Positions 22,481 to 34,181 of a DNA stretch of 64,000 bases are shown here, in pieces. Made by a program: the position numbers and the translations under genes. Source of the DNA: Kofleriaceae bacterium (GTDB taxonomy: Bacteria > Myxococcota_A > Polyangia > Haliangiales > Haliangiaceae); the NCBI GenBank assembly GCA_965215005.1, contig CBDCCZ010000003.1, forward strand, positions 192,001 to 256,000, in the 5' to 3' direction. Position 1 is the stretch's first letter, and the number at the start of each line of letters is the position of its first letter. The notes beneath the pieces were generated by a model. The model saw only the letters and a program-made list of their open reading frames with translations. It was not told where the DNA came from and searched no databases.

Positions 22481-23313
22481 GGTGAGAGGCCGGATTTCTG
22501 GCCACTCACCGACGCCACCGCCACGCCGCGAATTACGAGTGTCTGGGAATCCTGCGCAAACACCACCACCTCGAGAGCCTCTGGCGCCAGCTGCGACGGC
22601 ACCTCGATTGATAACGTCTTGGCGGCGTGCGGTTGACCAGGTTGCATGACGAACGCTTGCTCGAGCGCCCGCACGACGTGATGATTTTGCAGCTGGCGGC
22701 CGGCATTTTCGCCGCGCTTCACCGCCGTGACCGCCTCTCGCTGAGCCACCGCCACCATGATGTCGAGCGGCGAGGTCGGCGCGCCTTTGGCAGCGACCGT
22801 CACCTGCACGCGGCCATCGGCGAGCATCGTCGCAGTTGCATCGAGCGTCACCGTCGGCGAGGTCGCAGCGTGCTCGATGGCGGCAATGACCTCATTGCGC
22901 TTTGAGCCAACGACGGCGACGACACCACCAGCGACCAGCTGCGGCGTGTAGACGCGACCACCCGGCAAGCGCTGCGCGTAGCGGCGCTGGCGCTGGCTGA
23001 AGCGAGCCGACGCGAAGGGATCCGCCCAGCCGAGGTCGTTCCAGTAGTCGACGTGATAGGAGAGAGCCGCGAGCGGCGTTGTTAGCTCGAGCGTATGGAG
23101 CTCGCCGAGCAGCCGATCGGCTGGCGGGCACGAGCTACACCCCTGGGAGGTAAACAGCTCGACCAACACCGGGGCATCCGCGACCTGCGACGCGGTTGAC
23201 GCGGTTGACGCGGTTGACGCGGTCATCGGCAGCGGTGTGTGCTCGACGTGACTCGAGCCGCGACAGCTCGAGCCGAGAAGCAACGATAGCGACACCCAAA
23301 CCAGCGGCGACAC
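22477..23313 (-). CDS. DUF1223-like thioredoxin-fold lipoprotein
   Basis: VELFTSQGCSSCPPAD, YHVDYWNDLGW, VYTPQ and GENAGRQL. Start is approximate. Confidence 0.88.
   Translation of the reverse strand: MSPLVWVSLSLLLGSSCRGSSHVEHTPLPMTASTASTASTASQVADAPVLVELFTSQGCSSCPPADRLLGELHTLELTTPLAALSYHVDYWNDLGWADPFASARFSQRQRRYAQRLPGGRVYTPQLVAGGVVAVVGSKRNEVIAAIEHAATSPTVTLDATATMLADGRVQVTVAAKGAPTSPLDIMVAVAQREAVTAVKRGENAGRQLQNHHVVRALEQAFVMQPGQPHAAKTLSIEVPSQLAPEALEVVVFAQDSQTLVIRGVAVASVSGQKSGLSP
23189..23223. repeat. 9-bp tandem repeat (GACGCGGTT, about 3.9 copies) encoding a TAS linker
   Basis: Directly visible; in frame within the DUF1223-like gene. Confidence 0.85.
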
Positions 23314-23407
23314 CTCCTCTGTACGCGGCGCGACCCATTGAGTTACTGCGCGGCTGCTTGCGTGAATCGGGCCCCCACGTGGTTGGCAAGGAGTGCTACG
23401 AAGGCGC

Positions 23408-24169
23408 ATGTCACTTGCTGATCGAGTCTATTTAATCACCGGCGGTGCGGCGGGAATCGGCCGCGCGTGCGCCCTTCGACTGGCGCGCGAGGGCGCCCGT
23501 GTGGTCATCGCGGATATCGATGCCGAACGCGGCCGAGCCACCGCCGATGAAGCCGCGGCGACTTTCGTCCCGTGCGACGTCGGCGATCGCAGCGCCGTCG
23601 AGGGCGCGGTCAACCTGGCGGTGCAAACCTACGGCCGTATCGATGGTGCCGTGGCCAATGCCGGCATCGTGCACGCGGCGAATTTTCTCGATCTAGAAGA
23701 AGCAGACTTCGACCGCGTGCTGCGGGTGAACCTCAAGGGCGCCTTCCTCACCGGTCAAGCGGTCGCGCGGCGGCTCGTCGGCCAGCGCGGCGGCGGCGCC
23801 ATCGTTAATATGTCGTCGGTCAACGCGGTCATGGCAATCCCGACCATCACGCCATACGTGGTGTCCAAAGGCGGCATCAATCAGCTCACTCGCGTCATGG
23901 CGCTGGCGCTGGCCCCACACGGTATCCGGGTCAATGCCGTCGGCCCCGGCTCCATTCAGACCGACATGCTCGGCGATGTCGCCAGCGACGCTGCCGCGCG
24001 CCAGAAAATCCTCTCGCGCACGCCGCTTGGCCGCGTAGGCGGTCCAGATGAAATCGCTTCGGTCGTCGCGTTTCTGCTCTCCGATGACGCAAGCTACCTC
24101 ACCGGACAGACGCTGTATGCCGACGGCGGCCGCCTCGCACTCAACTACACGGTTCCCGTAGAGTCGTAG
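23408..24169 (+). CDS. Short-chain dehydrogenase/reductase
   Basis: TGGAAGIG, NAG and YVVSK (YxxxK). Confidence 0.93.
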   Translation: MSLADRVYLITGGAAGIGRACALRLAREGARVVIADIDAERGRATADEAAATFVPCDVGDRSAVEGAVNLAVQTYGRIDGAVANAGIVHAANFLDLEEADFDRVLRVNLKGAFLTGQAVARRLVGQRGGGAIVNMSSVNAVMAIPTITPYVVSKGGINQLTRVMALALAPHGIRVNAVGPGSIQTDMLGDVASDAAARQKILSRTPLGRVGGPDEIASVVAFLLSDDASYLTGQTLYADGGRLALNYTVPVES

Positions 24170-24371
24170 CTCTGGCTGCGGGTGCGAGAATGTGCCTCAG
24201 CGCACGTCGCGGCGCTCGAAGCGCCGTGGGCAGGGAGGTGCGACTGCGCTCACCTTTGGTTACTGGGGTGTGACAGTGCGGCGTCAAGTTCGCGTTCGGG
24301 CGTCTCCTGACAGAGGCTGTCGCTGAATTACCCGTTGCTCATTGACACACTTTATCCCCATGGTCGTCCCC

Positions 24372-28457
<4,086 letters not shown>

Positions 28458-28470
28458 TCTTCTCCCCCAC

Positions 28471-28529
28471 GCGGGCTCAACGCGAGCCCGCCCCACCTTC
28501 CCAACAGCCGCGCTCCTCCGAGCGCGGCT
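28471..28529 (+). terminator. Two GC-rich hairpins after the M36 gene; possible terminator
   Basis: GCGGGCTC-aacgc-GAGCCCGC (28471-28491) and AGCCGCGCTC-ctcc-GAGCGCGGCT (28506-28529); no U tract. Confidence 0.45.
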
Positions 28530-28861
28530 ATTGCCGTTTCGGTCGCCTCCTTCGCCACTCGTCCGGCGCATGGGCGCAGGGTCAAGCAGCGCGCCCGTTG
28601 TCATCGAACATCGTTCAAGAAAAAGCTACGAGGGTCCACAGAGCCGGGCCGATATGATCTACGTCTGTAGTGGACGCGAACGACTCAGAGCTGCTTGTTC
28701 GCCAGACGTGGTGCCTGTTGAAGTAGACGCGGGATGAGCGGGCACGGCGGCTGTGGGCGGGCGCGGAAGCGGACGCGCCGCGGCGGTGGCGCCACGGGGG
28801 GGCGGTGGCGCGGGCGACGGGCATGGCTATCGTAATGGACGGCACGGACTGCGAACCGACA

Positions 28862-28989
28862 GTACGCGCTCGACAGTTCGCACCGGCCGAAGGACGTGCA
28901 GCTGTGCGAGAAGGCAGGGGTGGAATGTAGTGAACCAGGGAGGGCCGCCGAGGACGGTCTATCTAACGCGTTCGCGTCAGGGGAGAGTA
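28862..28989 (-). mobile_element. Orphan diverged IS66 right end
   Basis: Ungapped manual alignment to 30100-30227 gives 104/128 identical; begins with the TIR-like GTACGCGCTCGACAGTTCGCACC. Confidence 0.8.
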
Positions 28990-29338
28990 CAGCAACCACA
29001 GCAACGCGAAGTCGCTTTTGCAGAACGGCAGATCGCCGCGCTGCAAAACGAACAGCTGGTGCGCGACCATCGCCATCGTGCAGGCTCTTCTCACCCTGCT
29101 CGGCGCTGCCGCCGAGCGTCCGCCTCAACCGGCTCATCATCAAGCGAACGCCGTAAAAGCGCCGCGCGCACTCCCCGGGTACAACGTCATTTCCACTTCA
29201 ACGGGAGAAGTGGGTTGCGGCGCTACTAGAGCGATTCGAACAGCTCCTTCAGGAGCATGAAGCCACGCGCGATCGGCTCAGGAGGAGTTGAGGAGAAGTG
29301 TCAGGTTTCGCAAACCTTGGCATATCCGGCGGTGTGCA

Positions 29339-29935
29339 CTATTGATCGCGATCGCTCCGAACGACCCGCGCCCGGGGTAGGCTCGATTGGTTTCCCGCCG
29401 CCACGTACTCGGGCGGAGTTTCAAGCGACTCGGCGAACGGCGATGGCTTGGACTCGCTATACGCCTTCGCGCTACACACCAGTGCAGCGACCGCTTGTGA
29501 CGCGGACTCGACGTACTTCCGAAGAAACCTACCCGCCGGGATCTTCACCACCGCGCCGTCCGTTCCTATCGACCCCGCCGACGCCTCGATCTTCTGCTTT
29601 ATTGCCAATGTGAGCATCGCTTCTTGCGCATTCGGCGGCTCGAATTCCACATCGACTATACGCGGCGGAGACCACGAACCTATCTTCACGAAAAAGCGCG
29701 GCCATTCCGGGTCATAATCGGCTTCAAAGTACGCGCCCCCAGCAGACCAGGAGACTCTCACACGAACACCGTACCGCTGAACTTCGAACTCCCATGACCA
29801 CCAGCCAACTCTACGAAGACGCTCTGCACCGAGACGCCGGACGATGCGTCTAACCAGCCACTCCAACCAGAGCTTGTGTAGAAGCGGAAAAAGAATCCAG
29901 CAGACGCCAAGAATCACGTACTTCCTAAGCTCCAT
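29339..29935 (-). CDS. Hypothetical membrane-anchored protein (possible immunity protein)
   Basis: N-terminal TM helix, GAGGT RBS, lower GC than the flanks; lies just downstream of a truncated ORF. Confidence 0.6.
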   Translation of the reverse strand: MELRKYVILGVCWILFPLLHKLWLEWLVRRIVRRLGAERLRRVGWWSWEFEVQRYGVRVRVSWSAGGAYFEADYDPEWPRFFVKIGSWSPPRIVDVEFEPPNAQEAMLTLAIKQKIEASAGSIGTDGAVVKIPAGRFLRKYVESASQAVAALVCSAKAYSESKPSPFAESLETPPEYVAAGNQSSLPRARVVRSDRDQ

Positions 29936-29946
29936 TGGCTCTACCT

Positions 29947-30099
29947 CTAAAGAAACGGGCGGGCCAGCCGATCGCTGACGACAGTATACAAGAAGTCTGC
30001 CACGGAGGAGGTTATTGCACCACCTGTCGCATCATCAATGAAACGGGTTACGCCGTATGTAGCTGCTCCAGTCGCCATGACCGGGGCTGCTGTTGTGGC
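29947..30099 (-). pseudogene. 3' remnant (50 aa) of a gene cut by IS66
   Basis: Open from the IS boundary: ATTAAPVMATGAATYGVTRFIDDATGGAITSSVADFLYTVVSDRLARPFL*. Confidence 0.55.
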
Positions 30100-30214
30100 G
30101 TAAGCGCCCGACAGCGCGCACCTGCCTAAGGCGGTGCGGCCGTGCGAAAAGGCGGGGGTGAAATGTAGTGAACCAGGAAGAGCCGCCGAGGACGGGCTCG
30201 CCGGCGCTTTGGCG

Positions 30215-31633
30215 TCAGGAGAGAGTATCGCCGGCGGGCTGCTCTGGGCACTCGCGGGCGGCGAGCCAGGCGCGTGGCAGGAGCTCAGGGGCGCGGCTCA
30301 TCATCCAGCCGTTAGCGACTTTGTCGATGACATCGGCGAGGTAGTCGTAGGGGTTGACGCCGTCGATCTCGCACTGGAGAACGAGCGAGAGGAGGATGGC
30401 AAAGCGCTGACCTGCCTCGACGCTGCCGACGAAGAGGCAGTTTTTGCGGAAGATGCCGACGGTGCGCAGCCGGCGCTCGACGTGGGCGTTGGAGATGGGC
30501 AGCGAGCCATCGGTAAGAAAGACCTCGAGTGTTGGCAGCTGGCGCTGAAAGTAGACGACGGCTTTGCCCAATGCACTCTTGCTGCCTGCTTGCGGCGCGA
30601 GTTTGGCAACGGCCTCTGTGAGCCGTTTCCAGGTCGGCACCGACGCGGCAGCGCGCAGCGTGCCCCGCCCCACGTCATCTAGCCCGCGCTCTTTAGCCTC
30701 GCGTTCGATGGCGTAGAGTGCTTTGTAGATGTCGACGATCGGCTGAGCGCGTCGATCGCCTTGCTCGAGCGCAGCCACGAATTTGCGGCGTGCATGGTCG
30801 TTGCAGCCGACGCGGATAGGTCCACCTTCGCGGGCGAATAGCGGATTGATGCCGCCATAGCCGTCGCCTTGGATGCTGCCGGAAAAACTAGAAAGCACAG
30901 CGCGAGGGTGCTTTCCTTTCCAGTCTTCGCTGAATTCAGCGTAAGCGATACGACTGATGTCGCCAAGGTAAAGCCATTGACGGCCGCGCACCATCGTCTT
31001 GCCGCTTGGCGAGCCGCGGCTTTGTGCCTTGAGCGGTGTGTCGTCCAAACTGATGAGTCTAGACTTTAGAAGCTCTGTTCGCAGGAGCGGATGGAGAAAC
31101 GCCAGCATGCGTGCCGTCTCGCCAAACCAGTCGTTGAGGGTCGACGTAGCTAGATTCGCACCATGGCGGCGGAGGCCGCGGGCAATACGCTCGATCGGCA
31201 GACCATCGAGCACTTTGCCAACCACCAAATGGGCAAGCAAGCTGGCTGACGCCATGCTACCGGAGATGGGCTTTGCAGGCAGTTGAGGCGGCGCCGTTAC
31301 GATGCCGTCGTCGCAGCGCCGACATGCGTACTTGAAGCGGTGCTCTTCCAGCTTATAGAGCTGCGCCGGCTGAAAGATGATGCGCCGCTGGATATCTGGC
31401 GGCAGCTCCGCTCGCGTCTTGCCGCACGAGCCGCAGTTACGCTCGTCGCCAGTGAGGCGTGCTTCGACCACCTCGACACGTAGCTCCTTGCCACGACGCA
31501 CTCGCTTCTGTTTTGGCTTTGCCGGCGCGCTGCGTTCAACTTCCACTGGCTCCGGGGAAGTCACTTCGCGGTTGAAGGCGAGCACATTCAACAGATCCAG
31601 CGCTAACTGTCCAGCGGGCACCGCTTCAGCCTT
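30215..31633 (-). pseudogene. tnpC: IS66 transposase, 3' part
   Basis: CGSCG...CRRC zinc finger, LDDT, QGDGY, CNDHARRKF, SNAHVERRLR and VNPYDYL. Confidence 0.9.
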
Positions 31634-33201
31634 GGGTGTAGTTCTGATCCTGCGCATCTCAGGCCGCAGCGGCGTCACCGCTTTCGAGACCACGCTGGAC
31701 TGAAAGGCACCACGTTGGCTAGGACATGAACTTCAGCCTGGTAGTGCGCAGCGAGCAGTGCCCAGGCTTGGTCGAAACGCTCGCTTTGATCCCAGCCGCG
31801 TGCGGTAAGAATGGCTTGCGCGCCGTGGCCCCAGCGCATACCGCTGAGCTTGAGGCGCTGCGCAACGAGAGTCTTGCATGCGGCCTCAACGACGCCCGAG
31901 CCGATGGGTAGGCCCTCCGCTTTGAGCGCCGCGTACTGCATGCGACGCCGGTTCTTGCGGAAGTAGGCAGCACACTGGCGGAGCTTCTCTCGACGCGGGA
32001 ATCGGCGTCGGAGGTTGTCGAGCGCGCGGATGACTCGCTCCACCCCGCCATCATCGTCGCGCAGAATCTCACGGAGCTCTTCGAACCGCAGCCGAGCTTC
32101 TCGAGTGCCGTCGCCGTAGGCAGCGGCAATGGCAGCGTGCAGGTGCTCGGTGGCGTGGAAAAAGTCGAGCGCTTCCTCACCGTCGGGAAGCTCATTCGTG
32201 AGGAAGTTCCAGTTGTCGATCGCGCCGTCGGCGACTTTGACGACCTTGAGGTCGGGGCGCTGCCGAAGGACCGCCGTTAACTCGGCGATGAGCGACTCTT
32301 TAAGCGTTCGCTTCTTTGCCTCCGGTGCGCGCGCAATGCGGATCGCACCCAGCAGGTCTCCCTCGGAATCGCAGAACGAAACGGTACCGCATCCCACTTC
32401 ACGGTAGCCGGCGGGCCCTTTGCTGATACGGCCTTGTCGGGCGGCAGCGTTGCGCACCTCGCTTGGCCGCTTCCCGCCGTCTATGGGTGCTAGCACGCCG
32501 TCGAGCGATACGGCGACAGACGTCGTTCCTTCCGGGACGGTCAGGGCATCGCGGAGTGCGGCTTCGTGCGCCGCGCGGTCGGCCTCCCACCGCTCGCTCA
32601 GCAACTTCGGCAGCCGGTCGAGACTGCTCTTGGACGGATTCATGATTCCCAAGCGTCGAAGCGCCTCTTCGGCCTTCTGCGGCGTCATTTGCGAGACCAG
32701 CCAGAATCCTTGCTTGGCTGCGCGCGGCGTCCAGAAGTCGATCAACCCGAGCTTGGCCTCCATCGGGCTGACACTGCGCGCAGTATCGTCGTTGCGATCA
32801 CGGTAGAGCCACCGCTCGACCGTCACCGGCCCAGCCGCCGTCATGTAGGTCTGCGCGGCGCGGAGCACTCGTCGGTGAACCTTGCCATCGATCTCGAGGG
32901 CTGCGGCGTCCACGTCGTGCGCGGCCATCACTTCGGCCGTCAGGTCACGCTCAAGCTCGAGCATCTTTTCCCGCAGCTCCGCCTCGACCTCCTCGAACCA
33001 GCCGGGCTTGAGATCCTTTTGCATCCGCTGAGCATCGACGAAGCCCATGATCTCTGCGACGCGATCGCTACGGGTTTTCGCCGTGGTGGTTGTACAAGGC
33101 GCGCTCTTTCGGGCGGTGGCTTTCTTGCTCATGCCCCTCTAACCAACTGAAATCGATCCGGATTCCCGGTGCGGCGCAAATTCAGGATTGGATCTACACC
33201 C
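31634..33201 (-). mobile_element. ISKra4-like insertion sequence, 1568 bp, with 8-bp TSD TCAGCCTT
   Basis: TIRs GGGTGTAGTTCTGATCCTG and GGGTGTAGATCCAATCCTG (16/19); TSD at 31626-31633 and 33202-33209. Confidence 0.92.
31675..33132 (-). CDS. ISKra4-family (Mutator-like DDE) transposase
   Basis: SLDG, ADGA, LDFFHATEHL and PIGSGVVEAACKTLVAQRLKLSGMRW. Confidence 0.88.
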   Translation of the reverse strand: MSKKATARKSAPCTTTTAKTRSDRVAEIMGFVDAQRMQKDLKPGWFEEVEAELREKMLELERDLTAEVMAAHDVDAAALEIDGKVHRRVLRAAQTYMTAAGPVTVERWLYRDRNDDTARSVSPMEAKLGLIDFWTPRAAKQGFWLVSQMTPQKAEEALRRLGIMNPSKSSLDRLPKLLSERWEADRAAHEAALRDALTVPEGTTSVAVSLDGVLAPIDGGKRPSEVRNAAARQGRISKGPAGYREVGCGTVSFCDSEGDLLGAIRIARAPEAKKRTLKESLIAELTAVLRQRPDLKVVKVADGAIDNWNFLTNELPDGEEALDFFHATEHLHAAIAAAYGDGTREARLRFEELREILRDDDGGVERVIRALDNLRRRFPRREKLRQCAAYFRKNRRRMQYAALKAEGLPIGSGVVEAACKTLVAQRLKLSGMRWGHGAQAILTARGWDQSERFDQAWALLAAHYQAEVHVLANVVPFSPAWSRKR

Positions 33202-33398
33202 TCAGCCTTCTTGCGATATGGTGCGCCGATCAACCATCGCACGCGCTCGCTGAGCTCGGACACCTCGTCTCCGAGCGAGCTCAGCAGAGCAATGATGCGA
33301 TCCACCGTCGCGCGTTCCGCGTCGCTCACCTTGTCTCGAAGCGCATCGAGCGCCTCAAGTGCCTCGTGAACCTCTGTGCGCGCTGCCGTCACCTGCAC
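33202..33398 (-). pseudogene. tnpC: IS66 transposase, 5' part (coiled coil)
   Basis: Ends RKKAE at the TSD and rejoins AVPAGQLALDL in frame when the nested IS is removed (535 aa restored). Confidence 0.85.
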
Positions 33399-33426
33399 TC
33401 TTCGCTAGCAGGCGGCGGATCGAAGT

Positions 33427-33765
33427 TCAAGTGCTTTGCGACATCTCTTGCACCAACTCAGCGCGCGTAAGCAGTCGACTTAGCTCCGCTTGCGTTATCT
33501 CAGCAGCGCATTGATCATTTTTGATCGAAAGGCGCATCTGAAACGTGCCCTTCACCAGCCGCTTGCTCAGTAAGCAGTACCCGCCTTGATCAAAGAACAA
33601 GATCTTGATCATATCGCCGCGACGGTTGCGAAACAGATACAGGTCGCCACCTTCTGGCTCCCGCTCGAGCTGTTCGCGCACCAGCGTCGACAGCCCATCC
33701 ATCTGCTTGCGCATGTCACACGGCGACGCATACGCAAAGACGCGCGCGGCACGGTTACTCAGCAT
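33427..33765 (-). CDS. tnpB: IS66 accessory protein TnpB (Orf2)
   Basis: PCDMRKQMDGL, LYLFRNRRGDMIKIL and KRLVKGTF. Confidence 0.93.
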   Translation of the reverse strand: MLSNRAARVFAYASPCDMRKQMDGLSTLVREQLEREPEGGDLYLFRNRRGDMIKILFFDQGGYCLLSKRLVKGTFQMRLSIKNDQCAAEITQAELSRLLTRAELVQEMSQST

Positions 33766-34144
33766 GGTCGCCTCCCAAGACTGCCATCCAAGGCCGTAGC
33801 GACACCGCATTCCAGTCGCCACGAAACACCATCGTTGCGCCAGTTCGCAGCGTGACCTCGACCTGCCGCCGATCCATCGTCTGCTCTGGCTCATCCACCA
33901 CCAGGACCGGCACGAAGCCGCCCGTTCCCGCCATCGATCTTGCAAGCGGCTCCGCGCCAAGCCTCTTGCGCCAATACTGAATTCGGTGCGACGCGACCCC
34001 TGTTCGGCGCGAATAGCCGGCGTCACTTTCGCCGCTAGCCGCCAACTCCTCCAACATCGCCGCTCCCTCCGCCGCGCTCCACCGCGCACGACCGCCCAGC
34101 GGGGCAGCTGATTGGCCCTGATCTCGCTCTCGTTGATGCTTCAT
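33755..34144 (-). CDS. tnpA: IS66 accessory protein TnpA (HTH)
   Basis: ASGES...YWRKRL and FVPV motifs; first gene inside the TIR. Confidence 0.85.
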   Translation of the reverse strand: MKHQRERDQGQSAAPLGGRARWSAAEGAAMLEELAASGESDAGYSRRTGVASHRIQYWRKRLGAEPLARSMAGTGGFVPVLVVDEPEQTMDRRQVEVTLRTGATMVFRGDWNAVSLRPWMAVLGGDHAE

Positions 34145-34181
34145 GCCCTCCTACTGACCATGAAGCCGCGCATCGCAGTAG

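Noticed and set aside
28740..28825. G-rich tract, possible G-quadruplex
   Set aside because: Long irregular loops; expected by chance at this GC content.
28862..29182. Possible IS66-derived MITE ending at GGGTAC
   Set aside because: The right end matches the TIR for only a few bases and there is no TSD.
33427..33765. TnpB as an RNA-guided nuclease
   Set aside because: IS66 TnpB is an unrelated accessory protein with no RuvC motifs.
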